A stretch of 64,000 bases of DNA from Camelus dromedarius. Lineage: Eukaryota. Every line of letters begins with the position of its first letter. Position 1 is the first letter of the stretch. The stretch is from contig NC_087436.1 in the NCBI RefSeq assembly GCF_036321535.1, positions 38,690,001 to 38,754,000 on the forward strand, written 5' to 3'. A model generated the notes under the pieces. It was given only the letters and a program-made list of their open reading frames with translations. It did not search any database and had not been told where the DNA came from. Below, piece by piece: positions 26,634-39,115 of this stretch. The position numbers were made by a program, and so were the translations under genes.

Positions 26634-27831
26634 TGTTAACAAACAAAAGTTTGGGTAACGCATGTTTGCTGCTGGTGGTGACTAGGTTCTTTGCCGTCTC
26701 AGAAAGAATTCAGAAATGGGACACAGAGGTTAAGAAAGTAAAGTGAGAATTTATTAAGGAATAGATAGTACACTCTCAAGGAGAGAGCAGGCAGGCTCAG
26801 GTGAGCAGCTTCCCTGTGTTTCTTTGGCAAGTTGGTTACTTAGTGTGTAAAAATGAATGGGCAGTATATTCACTGGGGAGGGAAGGGTTTGGTGGTGTGT
26901 TCACTGGTTTTTATTGAAACTCCGCCTTCCCAAAGGGAGGAGGGATTTTTGTCCTTATTTAGTCTGGATAGGAAGTGTCGTGGCATTGGTACATAATGTG
27001 TACTTCTAATCTGCAAGGCTAATTTTATTGAAATGAGGACATAATGAGCAAACTGTTACATTTGGACACTGGAGATTCCTGCCTTTTCCTACCTTTCTTT
27101 TTTGTCCTCCAGGCCACTTGTAAACCCAAAATGTTTGACTGCTTATAGCCCAGAGGTTCCTGCTTTTTTTCTCTGCCCAGAGACCCCTGTTGTTTACATG
27201 ATACAGAGTTTCCTGCATTTGGCCTGTGCCCCTCCTTTTTGCCCAATTCCTGGCATTTGACCTGATACCCCTTCCTTCCTCTGCTCATACCTGGCTATCT
27301 GCCTGCTCCAACACAGTGAGGCCAAACAAACTGAAACATCAAAGTTTGGAGCAGAGAAAGGTTTATTGCAGGGCCAACCAAGGAGAATGGGTGGCTCATT
27401 CTCGAAAAACTCAAATTCCCCCATGGTTTTGGGGGAGAAGTTTTATTAGGCAAAATTTGGGGTGAGGGCTGTAAGATGTGTGACTATCTTGTGATTGGAT
27501 GGTGAAGATGTAACATGGTGGTGTTCCAGGAATCTTGTGCTCAGCCTAAAGTTGCCATCCTCCACCTGGGTGGAGACCTTAGGAATTCAAAGATATTGTT
27601 ATGTATGTTCCTTGAGGTGGAACCAGGACCCCGCCCCAAGGCTGCATCATTGTTTCTTGACTCTTCCTCCCTTGTTTCTGCATTCTTTCCCTTCCTTCAC
27701 TGTTTGAATTGGCCTTTAGAATTCAGGGAAGGACAAGGAGGCTGAATGAAACCTATTTCCTATAAATAAGAACAGAGGACATGGAAAGGATTGGTACCAG
27801 GGAAGACCCCATAGGGTCCTGCTCTGTTTCA
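26634..27831 (-). mobile_element. ERV1-class solo LTR (outer)
   Basis: TG...CA ends (tgttaac / ctgtttca). 4-bp flanks cttc/tttc. tttatt poly(A) signal near 27362. Interrupts L1 ORF2 in register. Confidence 0.8.
26663..27313 (-). mobile_element. Second ERV LTR nested in the outer LTR
   Basis: Starts tgtttgctgctggtgg, has its own tttatt signal near 26750 (gaaagtaaagtgagaatttattaa), and ends ctatctgcctgctccaaca. Confidence 0.65.
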
Positions 27832-30439
27832 TTTCTTCTTCTTGATAAAGGGCATCTACAAAAAACAAAAACAAAATCACAGCTTAAGTCATACTCATTG
27901 GTGAAAGACTGAATGTTTTCTCCCTATAATCAGGAATAAGAAAAGAATATCCACTCAACACTTTTGCATACATTAAACTGGAAGTACTAGCTAGGAATGT
28001 CAGGCAAGAGAAAGAAATAGAAAAGTCCAGGTTGGAAAGGAAGAAGTAAAACCACCTCTATTTGCAGGTTACATGATTTTTTATGTCAAACACACATGGT
28101 TACGGGATACAAAACAAAAATACAAAAATACTCAGTTATATTACTATATACTAGTAATGAACAAACTGGAAATGAACTTAAGAAAACAATTCCATTAATA
28201 GTTGTATCAAAAAGAATACTTAGGGATAAATCTAACAAAATAAGTGCAATGTAAGTACACTGAAAACTAGAAAATATCATTAAAAGAAACCAATGAAAAC
28301 CTAAATAAATGGAAATACATGTTTATAGATGGAAAGACTCAATGTTGTTAAGACAGCATACTACAGCCAAATTAATCTGCAGATTCAACACAACCCCTGT
28401 CAAAATACCAGTTGACACTTTTTCCAGAATTTGACTGGCTGATTCTAAAATTCATATGGAGATTCACGGAAACCAAAATAGCAAAAATAATTTTAAGTAA
28501 AGCTAGAAAATTCACACTTCCATATTTCAATACTACAAAGCTAAAGTGTGGAACTAGTGTAAGCATAGACAAATAGATTAAAGGAAAATAACTGAGAAGA
28601 ATTTTACACCAAGATAGTGATGGAGCTGAGATTCAAACCCAAGTCAGACATGAAAATCCATGTTTTCCCCACTACCTCCTAATTTGTGTTGTTGTTCTCT
28701 ATATTCTCCAAAATACCTACCCAGGACCATGTGCCGAGTACTCACTCAAGTAACCAGTGCATGAATGAACAATTCTTATGACGATGACAGTCATCCTTTA
28801 AAGAAATAAGTGGTATATAAAGAAGGGTAATTATATCTTTAAGTATAATCCACCAGAAATTAAAAGCTATAATTGTCTATGTTTTGAATACAAAACACAG
28901 GTGGAGTTTCTACATTTCTATGCTGTAATGTCCTTCACCATTTAGAATGGATTGGTAAGAATATGAGAAGAAAAAACTATCGCCTGAAATATAAGACACC
29001 AGAACTTAAGATCGAAACTAAAATTAGAGTAACCAGGAGACATTCACCTCATAGTCTCACTTTTCCTGCCAGCCTTTCAGTGAGATTAAGATAAGTGTTA
29101 GCTGTATGGGAAGGGGAATGTTATATATACACTAATACACTCAAGTTCTCCTGGGCAGTACAGGAGGCACTGTAACTTTTAAGATCCCTGGAAATTTTTA
29201 GTCTTGGAATAGATTCACCAAACAAACAGTCCTAAAGAGTTTAATGTTGTCAGTGGCTAATGTGTACCATGTCAAACCTGCCTCCTCTGACACAGAGAAT
29301 GAAATGCTGCCACAGTCAAGTCTTCATGGTAACAATGCTGAAGCACTAAGTGGCTTTCTAACAAATTTAGACTTGACAGTTATTTTGTCTTGGTGGATTA
29401 GTCCACAAGAGCATGGCACATTTTCTGGCTGCTGAGGGAAATACACGCTAACCTATCTGCCTACAGGCGGCCGTCCAGGATGGATGCCCTCCAGATCGGG
29501 CTGTGCGGTGTATTTGTGACAGCTGTTTGACAGCATAGGGGAAGGATGTCCAAAGGAGATTGTGGGTGACTGCTAGGCCAAACTTCTCAACTTCTCATTA
29601 GTTTCCTTTTATAGACTTAAGAGCTGACCACAAGCAGTTGCATGCTTTGATAAAAGTAGATCAGAGAAATGGAAATAAATGCCATATCTGCCACACATTT
29701 TAGGCTCATTTCTTTGGACAGTTGAATGTAAACCATTGCTTTTTTGGGGGTAGTAATGTCTAACAGGTATTTTTAAAGGCTTTATATTTTATTCAACATT
29801 GTTACATAACTTAAGCCATTTTTGATAAAACAAATAGCATCTGAATATTGATATTTCACTGTCTCTAACCTGTAAAATCATCTGGAATAATTTGCTTCAT
29901 TTTTAGAGCCTAGTTTTCCCCACTTATGAAACTAGCAATAATAAAAGTCACCTTTCAGTTTCTTCTGTTACCAGGAAAGCTATTGCACAGATAATGTAAA
30001 ATATCCCTTCTGGTATGAGTTTAGTCCAGAAAGAATGATGTAGGGCTGAGCTAAAAGAGTACAGGACCTTATAGGGTGCCTTCTTGGGATCCAAACTTAA
30101 AAGGCTAATTTGTCTTCCTACCCTTGTTTATCCTTTGCTGTGATTTTTACTGCTCAGCTCTTTTAGCTTGTATTTTATAAGATACCTGATTAAACCCTTT
30201 TGGAATAAAGTAAGGATATAAATAATCAAACTTTAATGAAAAAATATAATCATTTAGTTGAATTTTCTTGAGCACATGCTGGGTGATTATGGAGATGATG
30301 AAACAAGGAAACAGTAGAAAATCTTATAGGAACACCAGCTTGTTAACCACTTAAAATGCATAAACCATATACACATAAGACTCTCTTTAACATTTGGGAA
30401 AAATTTTAAAATAAAAAATGCTGAAAGTGAGAATTAAAT

Positions 30440-30660
30440 ATTTATTAATACATTTTTGTACTACATGCTATTTGCCAGATACTATCTGGTGGTTTTACAT
30501 AGATGATGCATGTTCTATTATTACCACCATCTGCATTTTACAAATGAGGAAATTAAGGATCAGAATGGCTAAGTACCTTGCCTAAAGTCACTGGTAAAAA
30601 GTGGCAGCCAAGATTTGAAGCTAGGCAGACTGGCCACAGGGTCTATTACACCATTAGGCA
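30440..30660 (-). mobile_element. MIR SINE
   Basis: cattttacaaatgaggaaattaagg...aagtaccttgcctaaagtcac...gtggcagccaagatttgaagctaggcag. Confidence 0.85.
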
Positions 30661-30701
30661 GCATCACTCCAGACAGCTGAAGACAGTTGTGTAAATAGCT
30701 G

Positions 30702-30867
30702 TGTGATTCTCAGCCCTGAAGGCTCAACCACATCATCCTGGGGAGTGGGGAGGAAAAAAGATTAAGACACATTTTGATATCTGGGCCCCACTCAGAAATC
30801 ATTATATATATTTTCTAAAATGCCTATAGGTGGCTCTATTCTTGCACCCTATGTTAAGAACTACTGA
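30702..30867. mobile_element. MER5-like hAT-Charlie MITE
   Basis: tgattctcagccct...atctgggccccactcaga...gttaagaactactg. Confidence 0.6.
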
Positions 30868-32868
30868 AATAGATGAACCATCAATTTCAGTTCATAAACT
30901 AAAGAGCAGCAAGGACTTTCAAGGGATAGTCTATATTCTGAACAGGCTTTTCAAAATCTTTGGGATATAAGCATGATTAAAATGAGTCCAGTGTCATAGT
31001 GATAAAACAGTTATGGGAATAAGCATGACCCAAAGAAGTCAAGCCATATGCATAGAGGTCCCAAGCTGTCATCAAAAGACACCACATTTGTAGCCGTAGA
31101 AAGTTAGATTCTATATTCAAGAGAATACAGAAATGTAAGTCCAGAGGTAAAGGCAGGCAGGCCAAGCAATACATCTTTTACAGCACATGTAGGTTACACT
31201 TTCCATTAATAGAAATGAAAGAAGTACCACTGTAAGTTAGCCACCCATTGAGCTAAAAATACAGCTGCATACTCCATTTTTACTACATGAAAAAGGATGT
31301 CCTTTTTAACCTGTATGTTTTATGGTCAAAACTGAAATATTTTTAACCATTTTAATTTGTGATAAGAGATCGCAGAGACTGAAGGTTAATTTACTGAGTT
31401 CATTTACTCTGTACTCAAAATAAGACTTTATTTGGGAGAAGGGAAGCAAGAGTAAAGGAATAAGAAAGACATTAAGTGAAAGAGGCAAGTAAAGCATTAC
31501 CAAGTAATAAATTAAAAATAATTTGTGTTTCCCCTGAGAGTTGTTGATTCTGCATGGAGACATATGATGTGCTGCCTTTTAATACCAATCCTCCCAACCC
31601 TCTCAGTTACTTTAGTTCTTGGAGTTTCCAGATGCACAGAGGATTTAACAAATTACAGAGACTATATATGTGAATTATTCATTGGGCTTTTTTACGTATT
31701 CCATTCATATCCACACTGCTAAATGCAATTGTTTTAGGTGCCAAATTCCTGAAAAAAAATTGTTCTTTTCTTAATAATGGTTTACATACTTCAAATCCTT
31801 TGTGGCATGGTGGGAGTATAAAGAAGTAAGTCAATATTATACATCCTCAAAGGCTGCCCATATTTATTCCTGCACTAATATCAAACTGATTTGCTAATGA
31901 GGTAACAATAAAATGGTAGTTATAGTTTTCTACTTATATTTCACTATGAGGTTCTTAACTTTAGGGAACAAACCACTATTTGTGCCCAGAAACTTATTCT
32001 TTTACTTAATTTTATCTTGACTGCCATGTGGCAAATAGTCTATAACCTTTATGTTGGCTGATTTTTTTCTTTCTTTTCTCTTAAGTGTTTATAGTTTTAT
32101 GAATCAGTTTTATAGTTTGAAACTGTAAAAGAGCTCCTCAAGAATTTGGAGGACTAACTCTATATCAATTTGAATAAGCAAAGGGACAACTTTCTGTATA
32201 TTCTCCAAAGACTTTTATTTACAAGATATTATACTAAGTTGTTTGATGCTAAGGGGAAAAATCTACCAAACAATAAGAAAAGTGATAAACAAAATAATAA
32301 TAGTAATAATAATAACCTGTTATTAATGATCATTTGGGCAGGTTCTAGGTTGTCATTTTCCCTGATTAAGTAGTTTGAAAAGGCAGACTAAACAAAATAA
32401 TACTCTAGGTAAGATTACAGAGCAAATAGTATTTTTAAATAAATGTTTTCTAGCATATTAAAAGCATCTGCTGGTCTATAGGACATTCTCTAATAGAGGA
32501 GAGTTGCCCGAGGAGGGTTATTGTACACACATCATGAGGGTTCATCTTTCTGTCTTACACTGCACTCTGCAGTGTCTATGCTTACCAGGCAGACCCGGTC
32601 TCCGTTGTGGGACTGGTGTGATAAGTGTATGTGGAGCCAGCTTTACAAAGCCAGCTCCACCTGCAAAAGAGTTCTAAGGTCTCCATTTTGAGTCAAAGTT
32701 ATAGAACGCTGCCATTTCAAACTCAGATCTCAGCTACATTTTCTATTTCAGCTTTACCAGCCATTAATACACTGTCTTTGCTCCTTTTCTCAACATTTGT
32801 TTCTACCATTTGGAACTCAGAGTAGAGGAGAGATAATTCCTTAATAATTCATTAACGCCTAACTTTTT

Positions 32869-33034
32869 AAAGAAGATGCGGTATATTTATACAATGGAAT
32901 ACTATTCAGTCATAAAAACCGACAACATAACACCATTATCAGCAACATGGATGTTACTGGAGAATGTCATTCTAAGTGAAGTAAGCCAGAAAGAGAAAGA
33001 AAAATACCATATGAGATCGCTCATATGTGGAATC
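32869..33034 (+). mobile_element. Short LINE-1 ORF2-end fragment
   Basis: ORF 32876 YIYTMEYYSVIK...ATWMLLENVILSEVSQKEKEKYHMRSLICGI is the L1 ORF2p C-terminus. Confidence 0.93.
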
Positions 33035-33104
33035 TTTTTTTTTTTTTTTTTGACTCCTACCTTTCAATGGCCACCTTAGGCAAGTTGCTTCACCTCACTA
33101 CATA

Positions 33105-34035
33105 TTTTTTTTTAATTGAAGTATAGTTGATTTACAATGTTGTGTTAGTTTCAGGTGCACAGCAAAGAGATTTAGTTACACAGATTTTTTTCCATTCTTT
33201 TCTCAGATTCTTTTCCATTATAGGTAATTATAAGATATTGAATATAATTCCCTGTGCTATACAGTAGGTCCTTGTTGTTTATCTGTTTTATGTATAGTAG
33301 TGTATATATGTTAATCCCAAACTCCTAATTTATCCTTTCCCCTCCTTTCCCCTTTAGTAACTGTAGTTTGTTTTCTATGGCTGTAAGTCTATTTCTGGTT
33401 TATAAATAAATTCTTTTGTATCAATTTTTTTAGATTCCACACATAAGTGATATCATATGATATTTGTCTTTCTCTGTTTTACTTAACTTCATTTAATATG
33501 ATAATCTCTAGGTCCATCCATGTTGCTGCAAATGGCATTATTTCATTGTTTTTATGGCTGAGTAATGTTACATGGTATATGTATATACTACATCTTCTTT
33601 ATCCATTAATCTGTTGATGGACATTTAGGTTGCTTCCATATCTTGGCTATTGTAAATAGTGCTGCTGTGAACACTGACTGGGGTGTATGTATCTTTTTGA
33701 ATTAGAGTTTTCTCCAGATAATATGCCCAGGAGTGGGATTGCAAGATCATATGGTAAATCTATTTTTAGATTTTTAAGGAACCTCCATATCATTCTCTAT
33801 AGTGAATGCACCAATTTACATTTCCACAAACAGTGTAGAAGGGTTCCTTTTTCTCCACACCCTCTCCAACATTTATCATTTGTGGACTTTTTAATGATGG
33901 CCATTCTGACTGATGTGAAGTGATACCTCATTGTAGTTTGGGATTCCTTTCTTTTTTGTGTGTATACCTATTACAGATTTTTAGTTTGTGGTTACCATGA
34001 GGTTTTAGTATAGAAGTTATATATATATGTATATA

Positions 34036-34067
<32 letters not shown>

Positions 34068-34088
34068 AAATTGTTTTCAGTTGCTGAA
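33105..34088 (-). mobile_element. LINE-1 3' end (33105-33940) joined to a more 5' L1 piece containing (TA)n
   Basis: Poly(T)-aattgaagtatagttgatttacaatg 3'UTR continuing to tgatacctcattgtagttt, then tttgtggttaccatgaggttt...ttgttttcagttgctga. Confidence 0.92.
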
Positions 34089-35003
34089 AAGATTTTAACA
34101 AAATACTAGCAAACTGAATCCAAAATACATTAAAAGGATCAAGTTGGATTTATTCCAGGGATGCAAGGATTTTTCAATATCCACAATCAATTAATGTGAT
34201 ACATCACATTAACAAATTGAAGAATAAAAACCGTATAATCATCTCAGTAGATGCAGAAAAAGCTTTTGATAAAACTCAACATCCATTTATAATAAAAACT
34301 CTCCAGAATGTGGGCATAGGTGGAACATACCTCAACATAATAAAAGCCATATATGACAAACCCACAGCTAACATCATACTCAATGGTGAAAAGCTGAGAG
34401 CATTTCCTCTAAGATCAGGAACAAGACAAGGATGTCCATTCTTACCACTTTTATTCAACATAGTTTTGGAAGTCCTAGCCACAGCAGTCAGAGAAGAAAA
34501 AGAAGTAAAAGGAATCCAAACTGGAAAAAAAGAAGTAAAACTGTTACTGCAGATGATGTGATACTGATGCATAGAAAATCCTAAAGTTGCTACCAGAAAA
34601 CCATTGGAGTTCATCAATGAATTCAATAAAGTTGCAGGATACAAAATTAATATACAGAAATCTGTTGCTGTTCTACACACTAACAATGAAATATCAGAAA
34701 GAGAAATTAAGAATATAATCCTGTTTACCATCACATCAAAAAGAATAAAATACCTAGGAATAAACCAACCTAAGGAGGTAAAAGATGTGTACTGGGAAAA
34801 ACTATAAGACACTGATGAAAGAAATTGAAGACGACATAAACAGATGGAAAGATATACTGTCTTCTTGGATTGGAAGAATCAATATTGTTAAAATGGCCAT
34901 ACTACCCAAGGCAATATATAGATTGAATGCAATCCTTATCAAATTACCAATGACATTTTTCATGGAGCTGGAACAAAAAGTGTTAAAATTTGTATGGAAA
35001 CCC
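34089..35003 (+). mobile_element. LINE-1 ORF2 RT segment, inverted relative to the adjacent 3' end
   Basis: ORFs [12 protein letters not shown]...[43 protein letters not shown] and [20 protein letters not shown]. Confidence 0.97.
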
Positions 35004-35029
35004 ATATAGAACACCCCCCCCCAACAAAC

Positions 35030-35457
35030 ACACACAGTAGAATACCACTTAGCCCTAAAAAAGAATAAAATAATGCCATTTGCAGCAACATGGATGGACC
35101 TGGAGACTGTCATTCTAAGTGAAGTAAGCCAGAAAGAGAAAGAAAAATACCGTATGATACAGCTTATATTTGGAATCTGTGAAAAAGGACACACATGAAC
35201 TTATCTACAAAACAGAAACATACTCACAAACATAGAGAACAAACTTAGGGTTACCAGGGGTAAAGGGTGTGGGAAAGGATAAATTAGAAATTCGAAATTT
35301 GCACCTCTTGGGGAGTGATGGAAATGTTAGGTATCTTGATTGTGAGGGTGGTTTCATAGATGGTTTCATACATCTGTCAGAATTCATCAAATTGTACGTC
35401 TGAAATATGTGTAGTTTACTGTATAGAAATTATAACACAATAAAGATGTTTAAAAAA
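35030..35457 (+). mobile_element. L1 3'UTR fragment (35030-35303) abutting an older L1M 3' end (35304-35457)
   Basis: gccatttgcagcaacatggatggacctggag...gggaaaggataaattag, then ggggagtgatggaaatgtt...aattcatcaaattgtac...caataaa. Confidence 0.85.
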
Positions 35458-35619
35458 CTCAAATATGATTGCACACAATTGCAATGAAATATTTTTGCCT
35501 CAAAAAGGAAAAGGATAGAAAAGAGAAGAAAGTTTCATCTTTTGAACATCTAGATGTAATAAATATTATGTTAGAGACTTTTGTGTATGTATTTTGTCAT
35601 GACTTTTGTCTATGTACTT

Positions 35620-35790
35620 GAAAACCCTGCAACAGTTTTGTGATGTAGTTATTTTTATCCCCATTTTTATAGAGAAGTCAATTGAAGTTCAGAGAGATTG
35701 AACAGGTGCTCAAGAACACACTTAGTAAAATCTAGAGTTTGAATCTCTATCTGATGGCCCCAGAACCCAAGTCTTTTCCAAACCATTCTC
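35620..35790 (-). mobile_element. MIR fragment
   Basis: ttatccccatttttatagagaagtcaattgaagttcagagagattg. Confidence 0.7.
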
Positions 35791-36399
35791 ACCATGTGCT
35801 GGTATGGCCTATCCTGGGTGTTGGCAGTGGAAAATGTGCAAAGCTATGATGACGGAGGTGGTTCTTCATTTTTGACAGGATGAATTCCCTTTATAGTCCC
35901 ATCATCTGTGCTTTTTTCCAAAGAACATCCATTCAGTCATAAGCTTCACATACTCAGGAAGCAATTGTCCCATCATTCTTAGAGGACTGTTATTTTCTTA
36001 AATGTTAGATGGAATGAGATCACACATCAAGTCCGTGGTAACTGATCCTTGTTTAATGTTTGATAATGTATTTGTCTTAAGGTCAAATAGGATTATTACC
36101 GGAGCTCTACTGAAACATAAAAGGCAAATGGAAAAGTGACAAAAAACAGGGTGGTTGGGTCAGACCGGGGGAAAAAAAAAGCACACAGAATGAATTTGAT
36201 GTCGAAAAGGCAAAACCTGGGGACAAAAAAGCAGTAATTGAAATGTATTTTATAAGTATCATAAAAGTTTGTTTATAAAATAGATTTCAGTTTTGCAAGG
36301 CAAAAGAATGAAATGAAGAAAATTCTTTTTTTTATAGAGGGGAAAAAACTATTAACAGATGGTATTAAAAACACAGAGACTTAAAACACTTTAACTCTA

Positions 36400-37230
36400 T
36401 ATATTTTATTTTTAGTGAAAAAAGTAACATACATACAGGAAAGTATATGCATTAGCCTACATTTACATAGGTATACATCTCAGTGAATTTTCATAAGAGG
36501 AACATACTTAGGTAATCACCAAAGGACTCCAAAAGTCCTCCCCAAGCCCCTGCCAGTTGCTACTCCCTCCCTTGCAAAAGTAACTCTCCTGACTTCTAAC
36601 ACTATAGATCAGTTTTACCTGTTTTTGACCTTCATGAAAATAGAATCAAGCAATGTGTACTTCTTTGTGTCTGGCTTCTTTTACTGGATGCTATTTTATG
36701 AGATTCCACCCTTATTTTTATATGTAGCAATTATTCATGTTCATCGCTAAATAGTATGTCATTGAATGAATAAAATGCAATTTATTTATCCATTAGACAT
36801 TTGAATTGTTCCCAGGTGTGGCTATTATGAATGCTTAAGAATGTGCATATTCATGTACATGACTTTCTGTAATTCACATGTCTGTTGCATATGTATCTAT
36901 AAGTAGAATTGCTGAGTCATTGGCTATACATTTGTTCAGTTTTAATATTTATCACCAAAAGTTTTTCTAAAGTTGCCGTATCCATTTACACTCCTACTAA
37001 CGGTGTATGAGAGTTCCAGTTGCTCCAAACCATTGCCTGAGTCTGGTATTGTCAGTCTTTTTAATTTTAGACATTCTGGAAGGTGTGGGGTGATATCTTA
37101 GTATAGTTTTAATTTGTATTTCCCTGATGGCAAATTCATATATTACTGGCACTTTGGGTACTCTTTTTGGTCAAGTGCCCATCCATGTAAGTCTTTTGCA
37201 ACATTTTCTAATATGTTTTCTATTTTTTCT
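36400..37230 (-). mobile_element. Old L1M (L1MC/ME-like) 3' region
   Basis: ctcctgacttctaacactatagatcagttttacctgttttt...tgtgtctggcttctttt...ccatttacactcctactaacggtgtatgagagttccagttgctcca. Confidence 0.88.
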
Positions 37231-37242
37231 TGTATATATATA

Positions 37243-37460
37243 TATTTTTAATTGAAATATAGTCAGTTTATAATGTGTCAATTTCTGGTGTACAGCATAA
37301 TGCTTCAGTCACACATGAGCATACATATACTTGTTTTCATATTCTTTTTCACCGTAAATTTCTACAAGATATTGAATATAGTTCCCTGTGCTATACAGTA
37401 TGAACTTGTTGTTTATCTATTTTTTATATAGTAGTTAGTATCTGCAAATCTTGAACTCCT
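37243..37460 (-). mobile_element. Short LINE-1 3' end
   Basis: ttttaattgaaatatagtcagtttataatgtgtcaatttctggtgtacagcata...atagttccctgtgctatacagta. Confidence 0.9.
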
Positions 37461-37550
37461 GGCCCCTTCCCCAGACCTCCTGAGTCAGAACCTGCATTTT
37501 AGCAAAATCCCCAGGGGATTTTTAAGTACTTCAATTTTGAGAAACATCTG
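37461..37550. mobile_element. Half MER5A-like MITE
   Basis: ccccagacctcctgagtcagaacctgcattttagcaaaatccccagg...ttttgagaaacatctg. Confidence 0.8.
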
Positions 37551-38419
37551 ACCAGACAGTAAAGCATCTACCGATCTGATAACCTACATTTAAAAAATAA
37601 AACTAGGAGTGGAAGCAAGGATTGAAAGGGGGTGGGGGCCTAGCTGAAGAAACAGTAACTATCCTATATAAGGTCAATTTGTTAGCAAGGTCATTTTGAC
37701 TGCAAGCCCCAGGAACTGGGCACTGCGTGCTCTCAGCCAGGGTTCTCTCTCCATTTATCTTCATTTTTGGCTCTTTTCTCCACAGTCTCAAAAAAAATCA
37801 TAATGATTGGCTCTTACTTTTACTTTTGATTTCTATCTTAGCTTAAAAAGGACTGCAGGCAAACTGAAGGAAAAAGAAATGGAGGAAAGTAAGGAAGCAA
37901 ACTTTCTAAAAGAAATTGCAGCTGACATGCTGTCCTGGTCTCTCATTCAGTCCCTGATTCAGCCAATACTGTTCTCCTTTTCAGTCTCTGACTGAGAGTC
38001 CTAAACTCTTTATCTGTATTTTCTATGTCTTCTCTTTGAAGAGAAAAACAACATGAATGGATTGGGCTACAGAGTTTCTAAAAAAGTATTTTCTGTTAGT
38101 TGGTTTGTAGAAGTTATTAAACTGGTGAATTAAAAAAGTGAAGTGGGTGGGCCTAGATCACTGTAGTGTCTATGAACCTAAAGTTTATGAGTTGCTGGAT
38201 GGTTACATCCATTCTCCTAGTGGGACCCGGAAGACTTACTGCTTATGGTTAACTGTCTTTGTTAGAGACTGTTGGTAAAGTAATGATAAAAGTAACAATC
38301 ACTAATATGTATGGTTTGATTAATATATGCAAGACACTGTGCTAGGGGTTTTAGATACAGTCCCACATTTAGTTTTCTCAATAATACAGGTGAGTTGGGG
38401 AGATTTTATATCAGTATTC

Positions 38420-39115
38420 ATTTACTGAGTCCCAGGTAAGAGGAAAGTAAGTCACAGTAATACAAAATATTCACTAATAAGTTGACCACTTATAGGATGA
38501 ATTCCCACTCAGACAAGCATCACTTCTAAATACCATCGTTACAGTACAGGAGCCAAAGTTTTTGTCCCTCGGTTTCTTAATTGTATCAAACATCCAGCAC
38601 CATGGTAAAAACCAACAACACAGTATAATTATAGATTTTAGAAAAGAGGAAGAGAGGAAGTTGATAAAAAAATGTTAGAACACTGTTCAAATCGCAAAGA
38701 CATTAACAAATGAGGATCTGGCAGAATTTAGAAGAGTGAACTGAAAATGAGAAAATCAGCAAACTTTTAACAGGTTATGTTCTTCAGAAAACTGATTTAT
38801 CAAAATATCATGATCCTGTTATAAAAGCCAAATCTAAAGTTAAAAATTAATATCATGCTATCATATAATTTTATCCGAAAAAATTATGTCAGAAATTACT
38901 ACCTGATTCGTTATTATGCCAAGAAATAACTTATCTTTGCAATATTAACTATGAATTAAGATGAATTCATTTTCTTATAGTTTAGCTTAAATTTATAAAG
39001 ATGAATTTTCAAACTTCTTACAATTTGCTATAAGTGATATAGAATATTTGAAGTCGATTCATTTTAAGTAAGTTTTTCTTTTAGTATCAATCTTGCTCAG
39101 ATAAGGAGACTCTCC
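38420..39115 (+). mobile_element. Ancient Tigger-like (TcMar) fossil inside a MIR
   Basis: aacaaatgaggatctggcaga and terminal tcagataaggagactctc resemble old Tigger consensus. MIR halves at ~38280-38410 and ~39116-39240. Confidence 0.5.

Larger units (their letters stand above)
26440..28600 (+). mobile_element. Old L1M ORF2 fragment interrupted by nested LTRs
   Basis: HMIISVEAHKAFDIIQNSFMMK (26534 onward). Resumes at ttgataaagggcatctaca (27842) and runs to gattcaacacaacccctgtcaaaataccag. Confidence 0.9.

Noticed and set aside
34196..35009. Reverse transcriptase ORFs as a retron, DGR or domesticated RT gene
   Set aside because: Ordinary frameshifted LINE-1 ORF2 fragments. The 178-aa antisense ORF 34276..34812 is just the opposite strand of L1.
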